Shown in pieces: positions 9,743 to 18,076 of a stretch of DNA of 64,000 bases (positions are counted from its first letter, which is position 1; every line of letters starts with the position of its first letter). The translations under genes and the position numbers were made by a program. Location: assembly GCA_018056725.1 (NCBI GenBank), contig JAGPFF010000001.1, positions 26,034-90,033 of the forward strand, read 5' to 3'. The notes under the pieces are model-generated. The model was not told where the DNA came from. It did not search any database and worked only from the letters and a program-made list of their open reading frames with translations. This DNA is from Anaerolineaceae bacterium. GTDB taxonomy: Bacteria; Chloroflexota; Anaerolineae; Anaerolineales; Anaerolineaceae.

Positions 9743-9816
9743 CCCCTGCATCACCGGTCGGAACTTACGAACATAGGGAGTGCTGTGCATAACCGTACAT
9801 CCGACTCGGTCTGCGT
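9743..9816 (-). repeat. R2: 74-nt remnant related to the 3' end of a DUF35 gene
   Basis: Near-identical to R1. The reverse-strand reading ends in YVRKFRPVMQG followed by a stop. It contains the imperfect inverted repeat GTCGGA...TCCGAC. Confidence 0.8.
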
Positions 9817-9991
9817 AAAAGAGTGAGAGTATCGCCTAAACAGGGGAGCGTTTTATGATGACTTGCGGATATGTACCAGGTTTAATAGCAGGATGCTTCC
9901 AGCGCGTAGAAAACTTTCGAAAACGCCACAGAAAACCACGGGTTAGGTACACTATTTTTTTACCGGGTTTTATCTCTCAACACCATTGTTT

Positions 9992-10543
9992 TTAAGGTGC
10001 AGAAACAAAGACCCATTTGCCACAGCCATTAAATTCAACCTGAAAGGCACTGGGTGATATATAAGCCGTCCCACCTGACATACCGAAATGGTTATCAATA
10101 ATATCTCCTGTTTTGGATGTAGTTGCCCAGTAACAAAAATCACTATTTCCCGTTGAACGCCATATGCCAGGTGCAATATCAATATTAACTAAATAAAAAC
10201 CATCTTCTTTGTCAGCGCGTAATTGGGCGATCAACTTAGCCTGAGCAGTTTGTGTAGGGTTGGGCGTTTCAGTCGGTGTACTTGTAATTGTGGGGGTTGA
10301 AGTTATAGTCGGCGTAAAGAGAGGCGTAGGCGTGTAAGTTGTAGTAACTATCACTATTCGAGTAATTTCAACTGCAATAGTGGCTGGTGGTGTGTAAGTA
10401 GGAAAGGCAGTGTATGACGGAACAGGCGTCCAAACTGCTTGTGTTTGCTTGATAGCATCCTGAATTTGGGATGCAGATGGAGCACATGATGTTATAAACA
10501 CGATGCCTGTACAAATTATTGTGATGAGAAGATTCTTTTTCAT
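9992..10543 (-). CDS. Hypothetical lipoprotein with Pro/Thr-rich linker (cassette B)
   Basis: 183 aa. Signal peptide and lipobox FITSC, a linker TPTPLFTPTITSTPTITSTPTETPNPT, then a ~90-aa C-terminal domain. RBS AAGGAG. No family recognised. Confidence 0.6.
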   Translation of the reverse strand: MKKNLLITIICTGIVFITSCAPSASQIQDAIKQTQAVWTPVPSYTAFPTYTPPATIAVEITRIVIVTTTYTPTPLFTPTITSTPTITSTPTETPNPTQTAQAKLIAQLRADKEDGFYLVNIDIAPGIWRSTGNSDFCYWATTSKTGDIIDNHFGMSGGTAYISPSAFQVEFNGCGKWVFVSAP

Positions 10544-10552
10544 GATTTCTCC

Positions 10553-10942
10553 TTATTTTTCAAATTCCAAGCCACCCGTAGATTGGAGATATGCCCAATG
10601 ACTATAAGGCAATCTCAAAATGATACGGTCAGTTAAATCGGAAGACGCACTTATGGCTGCCATTCGACAAAGAAGAGAAACTCCACCTTCTATTTGGAGA
10701 CATAGACCATCAGGCGATGAGAAAATGGGCATTTCTGGATTACGTGAATGATATATGAAAGTTATGCCTTCGGGAAGTGCGCCAATGGGTTGTATTGTAA
10801 AAACTCCAGGACGTATTAATACCCACGCAAGCACAAAAACTGCAATGATGGCAATTGCAATATAAATTCCCTTGCCGGACTTATGTGATGTGGACGCAAC
10901 CGTTAGCTCAACTGCTGCCTCGTCTGCTGCCTCTTCTGTCAT
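10553..10942 (-). CDS. Hypothetical single-pass membrane protein (cassette B)
   Basis: 129 aa with one hydrophobic span IYIAIAIIAVFVLAWVLI. Lies 9 nt upstream of the lipoprotein gene. No family recognised. Confidence 0.5.
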   Translation of the reverse strand: MTEEAADEAAVELTVASTSHKSGKGIYIAIAIIAVFVLAWVLIRPGVFTIQPIGALPEGITFIYHSRNPEMPIFSSPDGLCLQIEGGVSLLCRMAAISASSDLTDRIILRLPYSHWAYLQSTGGLEFEK

Positions 10943-11220
10943 GGCTCATCCTTTCTACTTTGGGATTTTGGCATTGCCTCCTACTTATTAATTATATGAA
11001 TTTTGAAAAATCTGAGATATGCTGTAAAGCAAGTTTAATAGGTTATCTCAAACGATCAGCAGCCAACAAATCTTAAAATATTAAACATTCAGCTTGGCAA
11101 AGTCAAACAGCCATGACCGATCACTCCCCTCAAAAACCCAAAAAACTTCTTGATCAGCCGGTAGGGTGGGCTCGGTTTTAAAACCACCGCTTTTACAAGG
11201 CTAATTATATGCCCCAACAC

Positions 11221-11250
11221 AAAAAGCGCCCTCCATCTCTGGAAGGCGCT
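11221..11250 (-). terminator. Rho-independent terminator following R3; homologous to the terminator at 12026..12055
   Basis: Reverse strand: AGCGCCTTCC agagat GGAGGGCGCT followed by TTTTT. The sequence aligns with the terminator of the intact DUF35 gene. Confidence 0.7.
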
Positions 11251-11270
11251 TCGATGCTCAAATCGATCTC

Positions 11271-11440
11271 TTAATCAGCCGCCACCGGGCGGGTCATCAC
11301 AGGTCGGAACTTGTACCCGTACATCCGACTCGGTCCGCGGCTTGTCGCCATCCTGTCGCACCCGGCGGGTGACCATCTCCACCGGCATGCCAATCTCCAC
11401 GGGCTGGTCGCCCAGGTCGGTAAACTGTGCGGTGACTATG
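11271..11440 (-). pseudogene. R3: decayed copy of the last ~50 codons of a DUF35 (OB-fold/zinc-ribbon) gene
   Basis: The reverse strand reads IVTAQFTDLGDQPVEIGMPVEMVTRRVRQDGDK, compared with MVTAQLTDLGNEPVKIGMPVEMVTRRLREDGEK in the intact gene. A frameshift follows, then MYGYKFRPVM and a stop. It has no 5' part and no start codon. Confidence 0.85.
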
Positions 11441-11486
11441 TTTGATTGAGTTGCCCTAAGCAGTGTTTCTCAGACTTTTACTCTTC

Positions 11487-11891
11487 CTACTCGTTCCCAG
11501 TGGAGTTTTTACTTATAGCAATGAGAGCTACTGTTCCAAGCGCTCCACCGGTTGCAGTGAGAAGAGATGGTATCGGGGTGGGAATAGCTGTCAGTAAACC
11601 AACAAACAAGCCCTTGCCGATAGCTAATCCCCACTGTTCTCGCATTGCATTTTTTTGAATTAGCACACAAATAATTGTGGCAACTATCCCAATGGGGATA
11701 GAAATGGGCCAGGATGCGGCTAAGCCTCCTGTACCGAATAGCATGACATCCAAAACAATCATCATTAGTGCGACAATCGGGTTTAGGCCAAAAAATTGGC
11801 AGAACTGAATGAACTTGTTCAATTTATTTCGCCCTCCAGTAACTTTAGAAGTATGGACCACAATACTAGCATTCGCGTATGATACCCCCAC
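11487..11891 (-). CDS. Hypothetical small polytopic membrane protein (cassette C)
   Basis: 134 aa with 3-4 hydrophobic spans and a GTG start as called. No family recognised; the start is uncertain. Confidence 0.45.
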   Translation of the reverse strand: MGVSYANASIVVHTSKVTGGRNKLNKFIQFCQFFGLNPIVALMMIVLDVMLFGTGGLAASWPISIPIGIVATIICVLIQKNAMREQWGLAIGKGLFVGLLTAIPTPIPSLLTATGGALGTVALIAISKNSTGNE

Positions 11892-12025
11892 AGCTTGCGC
11901 AACCTGCTTATGGACGGGAGTGGATAAAGACGTTGAGCAAGATTTAACTTCTTATAGAATAACCACCCTGTCTTTTCTTTACTCCACCTATTTCATTATA
12001 CAAATTTGAGGTTTTCTTACCAAAT

Positions 12026-12055
12026 AAAAAGCGCCTTCCAATTCTGAAAGGCGCT
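12026..12055 (-). terminator. Rho-independent terminator of the mevalonate operon
   Basis: Reverse strand: AGCGCCTTTC agaatt GGAAGGCGCT followed by TTTTT, 22 nt after the DUF35 stop codon. Confidence 0.7.
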
Positions 12056-12077
12056 TCAAATCAAAAATTCAATCCAT

Positions 12078-12479
12078 TTACGCTCTTATCACCGGTCGGA
12101 ATTTATACCCGTAGACCAGGATCCCCTTTTTCTCGCCATCTTCGCGCAGACGGCGGGTAACCATTTCCACCGGCATGCCGATCTTCACCGGCTCGTTGCC
12201 CAGATCGGTTAATTGCGCCGTGACCATAGGACCTTCATCAAGCGCCACCACCGCCACGGTGTAGGGCGCATTTTGCTCGTACCCTGCTGGAGCTTCGCGC
12301 ATGACGGTATAAGAATACACTTTGCCTTTTCCGCTGAAGGCGTACTCGGTTTTGGCTTCACCGCCGCATTCCGGGCAAACATCGCGTGGAGGGAATATTT
12401 TCGCATCACAATGCGGACAAACCTCTCCAATGAGGCTGTAGCGTTGCTTTTTCATTCGCCAGTAGCGTGGATTTTCCAT
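12078..12479 (-). CDS. DUF35 OB-fold/zinc-ribbon protein (scaffold subunit of the thiolase/HMG-CoA synthase complex)
   Basis: 133 aa. Rubredoxin-like CPHCDAKIFPPRDVCPECG followed by an OB-fold. RBS AAAGGAG. Last gene of the HMGR-HMGS-thiolase-DUF35 operon. Confidence 0.85.
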   Translation of the reverse strand: MENPRYWRMKKQRYSLIGEVCPHCDAKIFPPRDVCPECGGEAKTEYAFSGKGKVYSYTVMREAPAGYEQNAPYTVAVVALDEGPMVTAQLTDLGNEPVKIGMPVEMVTRRLREDGEKKGILVYGYKFRPVIRA

Positions 12480-12580
12480 TATGACTCCTTTTCGTTCCTT
12501 TCCTGCACGTGCGATGATAAGTGTAGAGGTCGAATGCTATCAATTCCTATCAGGTTTGTTCCGAGAAGCTGGAATTTTAC

Positions 12581-13744
12581 TTAATCGCTCACTCTTTCAA
12601 GAACATGGGCAATGGCTGTGGATGCCGCGCCTCCCAATGAAAGGGTAAGCGCTCTACGCGCGTCTGGCACCTGGTTGGCACCTGCCTGCCCGCGTAACTG
12701 GGTCACCGCTTCCACAATCTGGTAAACACCAACTGCACCGATGGCATTTCCACGTGCCAGACTGCCCCCCATTGTCATCAGCGGCAAACGACCGCTCAAC
12801 GCAAAGTCGCCATCCCGCGCCTGCTGCCAGGATCGACCGACATCCGCCATACCGCATGTTTCCAGTGTCAGCGCAGCATAAATCGAAAAAGCGTCATCCA
12901 GTTCAAATAAACTGATCTGCTCAGGCTTGACCTCTGCCTGCTGTGTTGCGGCAAAGACGGCGTTTGCCGCCGCGCTGAAGGAAAGAGGTTCGTAGCGGTC
13001 ATGCCAGGAAAGCGAGTCGCTGCTGGCGCCGGTCCCGGCGATCCGGATAATCGCATGAGGGTAATCAGCCGGGAGCCGGTCAAGGCGGGTGAGAATGACG
13101 GCAGCCGCCCCATCGGCGTACGATCCGCCGTCAAAACGGTTCAAGGGATCACTGGTTTGAGCTCCACGGTTGTAGGCTTCGGCTGAAAGGGGTTGGCGAT
13201 GAAAAGCATTGGGGTTGGAGGTTGCATTGGCGTGTGCCAGGAGAGCAAAACCACTCAGAGCTTCGGAGGATAAATCATGTTCATGCAGATAACGGTGCTG
13301 GATCAGAGCGGCAAGACCGGAGCTGGTGAGCCCGGGAATGGCTTCGAAGTCAAAATCCATTTCCTGGGTCAACCGGGCTTCAGCTTCCTCCCGAAGCAGA
13401 TCGGACCACTTTTCCACGCCCAGCACGGCAACTGTGTCGGCGTAACCACTGAGGATGGAAAGAACGCCAAGGCGCAGCGCGGCAGCTCCGCTGGCACCGG
13501 CAGCTTCCGTGGTATAGGATTCCACCCCATTAAGGTGGGCATAATCAGTGAAGAGGGCGCCAAGGTTTGCCTGGTGCGAAATCATCGAAGCCAGCATATT
13601 CCCGATATATAGCGCGTCGGGCTTGAGATCTCTACTGTCATGAATTGCCTGCATCAGCGCTCTGACCCCCATTGAACGCAGGCTAAGATCATAATGCTCG
13701 CCGACCGGGATTTGACCGATTCCTGCAATGACAACTTCAGTCAT
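12581..13744 (-). CDS. Thiolase-fold protein (archaeal/SCP-x type acetyl-CoA acetyltransferase homologue) lacking the canonical catalytic Cys and His
   Basis: 387 aa from MTEVVIAGIGQ (ATG at 13744, RBS GAGGAG). Thiolase-like motifs are present (GVEKWS, DGAAAVIL, QLRGQAG). However, it reads AAGASG where ACASG is expected and GNAIGAVG where GHP.GATG is expected. Confidence 0.8.
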   Translation of the reverse strand: MTEVVIAGIGQIPVGEHYDLSLRSMGVRALMQAIHDSRDLKPDALYIGNMLASMISHQANLGALFTDYAHLNGVESYTTEAAGASGAAALRLGVLSILSGYADTVAVLGVEKWSDLLREEAEARLTQEMDFDFEAIPGLTSSGLAALIQHRYLHEHDLSSEALSGFALLAHANATSNPNAFHRQPLSAEAYNRGAQTSDPLNRFDGGSYADGAAAVILTRLDRLPADYPHAIIRIAGTGASSDSLSWHDRYEPLSFSAAANAVFAATQQAEVKPEQISLFELDDAFSIYAALTLETCGMADVGRSWQQARDGDFALSGRLPLMTMGGSLARGNAIGAVGVYQIVEAVTQLRGQAGANQVPDARRALTLSLGGAASTAIAHVLERVSD

Positions 13745-13754
13745 AGCGTGCTCC

Positions 13755-14831
13755 TCAGTCCATGTCAATTTTGCCGCGGAAGCGGGCGTACGTGGCATAG
13801 TTGATCTCCGTCCTGCGGGCGAGATAGTCTGCCACGGTCGGGGCAAGCGCGCGCCGTTCTTCGATACGCTCTGTTACCACATGATAGAAGGCATCGGATC
13901 CAGCTCCTGAGCCATAAGAAACTTGCAAAATACGGTCACCGGGTTTGGCGATATCCAGCACCGCGCTCAAACCAATCATGGTGGCGCCAGCGTAAGTGTT
14001 ACCGATTTTCGGCACGAGTAAACCCGGCAAAAGTTGTTCATCACTGAAGCCAAGGTCTTTTCCAGCTTTCATCGGGAAGCGGGGATTGGGTTGGTGAAAT
14101 ACCGCATAGGTAAAATCGGCTGCGGTCATTCCCAATTCATCCATCAATACCCGTCCGGCGGTTTCCACATGGCGGAAGTAAGCCGGGTCGCCGGTGAACC
14201 GCTGGCTGTGCTCGGGATATTTCTGCTCGGGACGGCGCCAAAAATCGGGCGTGTCGGAAACAAAAGAATAGCTGGCTTCAATAAGAACTGCCGCTTCTTC
14301 CGCAGGACCGATAACGAACGCCGCGCCACCGCTGCTGGCGGTGTATTCCAGCGCATCACCGGGTTTTCCCTGCGCCGTATCCATGCCAATTGCCATGGCG
14401 TAACGTCCCATGCCTGAGCCAACGAGAGCAATCGCGGCAACCATCGCCTCGGTGCCAGCTTTGCAGGCAAATTCCCAATCCCCTGCCTGGATGTGATTTG
14501 AAGCGCCAATGGCTTCCGCCACAATGGTGCCGCTGGGTTTCACGGCATAGGGGTGGGATTCTGACCCTACCCACACGGCGCGGAGTTCCTGCGGGTTGAT
14601 TCCCGCGCGCGCCAGCGCGTTCCGGGCTGCTTCGATGGACATGGTAATGACATCTTCATCCAGCCCGGCAACGGATTTTTCCTGCACCGGGGAGCCTTTG
14701 GGGGAGCCCGTCCAGAGTTGCGAGATTTCGCTGCCTGGCAGGCGATAGCGGGGAATATAGGACCCATACCCGATAATTCCGGTTTTGCGGTCCGTTCGTA
14801 ATAAAAGGGATTTGTTATGTGGTGTATTCAT
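13755..14831 (-). CDS. Hydroxymethylglutaryl-CoA synthase, archaeal type
   Basis: 358 aa from MNTPHNK. Contains [21 protein letters not shown] (Glu), [10 protein letters not shown] (Cys), FHQPN (His) and GNTYAGA. Confidence 0.85.
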   Translation of the reverse strand: MNTPHNKSLLLRTDRKTGIIGYGSYIPRYRLPGSEISQLWTGSPKGSPVQEKSVAGLDEDVITMSIEAARNALARAGINPQELRAVWVGSESHPYAVKPSGTIVAEAIGASNHIQAGDWEFACKAGTEAMVAAIALVGSGMGRYAMAIGMDTAQGKPGDALEYTASSGGAAFVIGPAEEAAVLIEASYSFVSDTPDFWRRPEQKYPEHSQRFTGDPAYFRHVETAGRVLMDELGMTAADFTYAVFHQPNPRFPMKAGKDLGFSDEQLLPGLLVPKIGNTYAGATMIGLSAVLDIAKPGDRILQVSYGSGAGSDAFYHVVTERIEERRALAPTVADYLARRTEINYATYARFRGKIDMD

Positions 14832-14835
14832 CCGG

Positions 14836-16113
14836 TTATTTTCTCCATTCCTGAAGAATTTGTGCCGCCCGATCTGCGCGGATCGAATGCTCACGAATGA
14901 GCTGGCGGGCGAGCCGTTCTACCTCTTCTCCAACTGCGCCTACCGATAACGCTATCTGACGGGCATGGAGGCTCATGTGACCGCGCTGGATCCCCTCGGT
15001 GGCAAGAGCGCGCAATGCTGCCAGGTTCTGAGCCAGCCCCACCGCCACGATGATTTGTGCCAGTTCTGAAGCGGAGGCAACTTGCATCATCTTGAGGGCG
15101 GTTTTGGCTGTGGGGTGCGACCGCGTGGCTCCGCCAACAATACCCACTGCCATCGGCATTTCAAGAAATCCTTTCAGGTTACCGTTGGAATCAGATTCCC
15201 ATCTGCTCAGGCTGGTGTAACAGCCCCCGCGGGCGGCATAAGCGTGCGCGCCGGCTTCCACCGCTCGCCAGTCATTCCCGGTTGCGATCACCACTGCATC
15301 CACACCATTCATGATGCCTTTATTATGCGTGGCGGCACGGTAGGGATCAGCCACAGCAAAAGCCCATGCTTCGAGGATACCATCACGAACCTTTTCAGGC
15401 GCATAAGCCCCAAACCCCAGCGAGGCAAGCGGAATGGTGCACTCCGCACTTGCCAACCGCCGGTCTGCCAGGTTGGAAAGGATGCGTAAATGCGGACGTC
15501 CACCGCTGATTTCCGCCACGAGTGGAGCGATTTGTTCCAGTGCAGTGTTGATGGCGTTGGCGCCCATGGCGTCGCGAACATCATAAATAAGATGGAGGAC
15601 TAAAAATGGACCGATGGGGGAATCATGGATCTCCCGCACTTCAAGATCGCGTGGACCCCCGCCAAAACGTGAAAGGACGGGGTCGACCTGTGCCGCCAGC
15701 GCCATCAGTTCTTCACGTCTTGCCAGAATTCTGGCTTTCGCCTCGGCAAGATCGGAAAGATCGAGTAATTGTAGCTGACCGATCATCTCCGGAGGGGTCG
15801 ACTGCGTGGTAAAACCGCCACCCTCACGTGTCAGGCGCGCCATAAAAGAAACTGCCGCGATCACTGAAGGTTCTTCAATCGCCATCGGAACGATGACGTC
15901 ATGACCATTGATGAGAAAATTACGCGCCACGCCCAGGGGAAGGTTGTAAACGCCGATAGCGTTCTCGATCATGTGATCCGCCTGTTCGACAGTCAGCCCA
16001 TGACTGCCATCCAGAGTCATCAACTCTTCCGGGGTCAGATGCGCTTCCTCCGCGAGGATTTCCAGCCGGTTAAAGAGCGGGAGTTGGTAAAACTTGGATG
16101 AATGTTGTTCCAT
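14836..16113 (-). CDS. Hydroxymethylglutaryl-CoA reductase, class II
   Basis: 425 aa. Contains [47 protein letters not shown] and SLHARQIA. Confidence 0.9.
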   Translation of the reverse strand: MEQHSSKFYQLPLFNRLEILAEEAHLTPEELMTLDGSHGLTVEQADHMIENAIGVYNLPLGVARNFLINGHDVIVPMAIEEPSVIAAVSFMARLTREGGGFTTQSTPPEMIGQLQLLDLSDLAEAKARILARREELMALAAQVDPVLSRFGGGPRDLEVREIHDSPIGPFLVLHLIYDVRDAMGANAINTALEQIAPLVAEISGGRPHLRILSNLADRRLASAECTIPLASLGFGAYAPEKVRDGILEAWAFAVADPYRAATHNKGIMNGVDAVVIATGNDWRAVEAGAHAYAARGGCYTSLSRWESDSNGNLKGFLEMPMAVGIVGGATRSHPTAKTALKMMQVASASELAQIIVAVGLAQNLAALRALATEGIQRGHMSLHARQIALSVGAVGEEVERLARQLIREHSIRADRAAQILQEWRK

Positions 16114-16323
16114 ATTCTTCAGGAGGACTCCTTATGGCTTCAATACTAACGGTCACACACTGGCAAAACCTATCAAAAATCCCATTGACGCTGGTTTGTG
16201 GAGGGAACGGGCACAAAGGTGAGGATTGATGGCGAAGTGATATGATTAAAAACGAGAAGGAGCACTCGGATTAATCGCTTTAAGTAGATAGAGCGGACAT
16301 GCTCCGCTCAAAGGGTCGATTGC

Positions 16324-16938
16324 ATGTCTGGTAATAGCATCAAGTTAACCTTCCATAATCGTGAAATTTCCTTCAGCATGGCAGGGGAAGAATCGCCGGA
16401 GGTAGAAATGGTAATTCGCCAAGCGGTTTTCCGCTTCTATGACCGGTTCTCTGCTTTGTTTGCGAGCAGCGGAAGGGATGGGAGTTACCTTGTTTTACTG
16501 AATCAGCAGGGTGGAAATAATTTTCAAAAAGGCAACCAGATTCACTTAAACCCGCGTAACCTGACGGAATGGACTGTGACCCACGAACTGGCGCATTCAC
16601 TGGACGCGGCTTATCACTGGCAACTTTCACGGCAGATGAAAGCCTTCACCCACAGTAGGTTTCCATTCAAAGCCCTCCATCAGGTATTCCCTGCATGGCA
16701 ATTCCTCTGGTACAGGGCGGGTTCTCCGCCCCCACCCTGCGGGATTGACCGACACTTTAATTCCCTCGAGGACTTTGCTGAATCCATAACAGCTTATCTC
16801 TTCCCAGAGGAAGCCCATCAACGAGCCGCAAGTCGGGGTTATCCGTATGAAAAATGGGGGTATACCCACTTTCACGATACGCCTCGCGGTGAATTTATCG
16901 CAGAGCTGTTGAACCAGCCTGCGGGGGCTCTTTTGTAA
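16324..16938 (+). CDS. Putative cytoplasmic zinc metalloprotease-like protein (HExxH ... ExFAE)
   Basis: 204 aa. HELAHSLD and about 55 residues later SLEDFAESITAYLF, the arrangement seen in M34/ATLF-like gluzincins. No signal peptide. No clear RBS. Confidence 0.4.
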   Translation: MSGNSIKLTFHNREISFSMAGEESPEVEMVIRQAVFRFYDRFSALFASSGRDGSYLVLLNQQGGNNFQKGNQIHLNPRNLTEWTVTHELAHSLDAAYHWQLSRQMKAFTHSRFPFKALHQVFPAWQFLWYRAGSPPPPCGIDRHFNSLEDFAESITAYLFPEEAHQRAASRGYPYEKWGYTHFHDTPRGEFIAELLNQPAGALL

Positions 16939-16969
16939 TAAATGGTTCCGTACACTGATTAAGGAAAGA

Positions 16970-17974
16970 TTAATCTGCCGGGAAGGTCTCCTTACACTCC
17001 GGTGCGTTGGAACAAATGAACGTCTTACGGGGTTTGAGGAAAGGACGGTGGGTGGTTTTTAGAATCATCGGCGTTCCACACACCGGGCAATCTGGCTCTA
17101 CGGTGAGGTTCATAAACGGCGCCTTATCTGCCAGTGTAACCTCGTCTGAATAGGCATCCTGACGGGAGAAGACCACAGCCGAATGGGCTGCCGGGGCAGG
17201 GACGGCGGCAGGTTGCAGTGTGGGGCGGATGGCTTGAGGTTTGGATTCCGGTTCTTCTTCTTTCAGCGCTTCATCAGGCAAAGAACGGCGAAAACGGGTG
17301 GCTTCAATCACTTTAAGAAAGGCACGTCCGTCGTAAAGGAAGATGGGTTTGCCTTCAGCCCACAGCCTGGCTTGGGGGGTAATCAGTCCTGTTGTGACGA
17401 TGGCGCCAGCATCGGCATTGGAAGCCCGAAGCACGCCATAAAAATCTCGTACCACGGGTTCCCCAACTTTGCCCCGATACTTCTTGCATTGCACCAGCAC
17501 GGTTTCACCCTTGCGGGTATGCACGATCAGATCAATCCCGTGATCACCGGTTGATCCGACTTCTTCCACCCGGTTGCCCTGATCACGATACGTTTTCGCC
17601 ACCAATTTCTCAAATTCCGATGGTGAAAGGATTTGCATATCATCAATGGATTTAATAATGTGGTGTTTCCGCTGTTCTTCGAGGACAATCGCAAAGGCAA
17701 AGGGCAGAAGGAAGATCCCGATCAGAAGGAAGTATTGAGAATTGGCGGGTTCAGGAATGAGCTGGAAAGTCTCCATTTTCAGGAAGTAAAACACCGCGCG
17801 CAGTACGGCAAAGAACACCCACAGAATCACCAGGGATTTGATAGATGTGCGCAGCATGGTGGAAAATCCGTCGCGCCGTTTGGCAATGCCAAAAAGAAGC
17901 CCGATAAACATCACTGGCCAAAGACCAACGAGGAATTTACCGGCAGTTGTGAGTAATTCGAGAATTGTATCCAT
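16970..17974 (-). CDS. Membrane-anchored Mrr-like restriction endonuclease domain protein with C-terminal topoisomerase-type zinc ribbon
   Basis: N-terminal hydrophobic spans, then an Mrr_cat core GDHGIDLIVHT...VLVQCKKY, a Pro/Ala linker, and CPVCGTPMILK...FICSNAPECK. I trimmed the start to MDTILELL (RBS GGAGGT). Confidence 0.7.
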   Translation of the reverse strand: MDTILELLTTAGKFLVGLWPVMFIGLLFGIAKRRDGFSTMLRTSIKSLVILWVFFAVLRAVFYFLKMETFQLIPEPANSQYFLLIGIFLLPFAFAIVLEEQRKHHIIKSIDDMQILSPSEFEKLVAKTYRDQGNRVEEVGSTGDHGIDLIVHTRKGETVLVQCKKYRGKVGEPVVRDFYGVLRASNADAGAIVTTGLITPQARLWAEGKPIFLYDGRAFLKVIEATRFRRSLPDEALKEEEPESKPQAIRPTLQPAAVPAPAAHSAVVFSRQDAYSDEVTLADKAPFMNLTVEPDCPVCGTPMILKTTHRPFLKPRKTFICSNAPECKETFPAD

Positions 17975-18076
17975 TCCAATACCTCCACGCAATTTATTGC
18001 GGTTCGGAGATATTGTTGCATGAATGATGCCAAAAAAACTTAAGGATGAAAAATTTATCTGGGGAGGATACCCTGA

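Noticed and set aside
8675-11440. Possibility that the R1/R2/R3 repeats are a CRISPR array or integron attC sites (CALIN).
   Set aside because: The three copies have unequal length (74, 74 and 170 nt) and are 0.9-1.5 kb apart, with protein genes between them, so this is not a CRISPR array. I could not find the canonical attC R'' (RYYYAAC) and R' (GTTRRRY) boxes at their ends, and no intI is present. The cassette-like layout is reported as a finding without calling it an integron.
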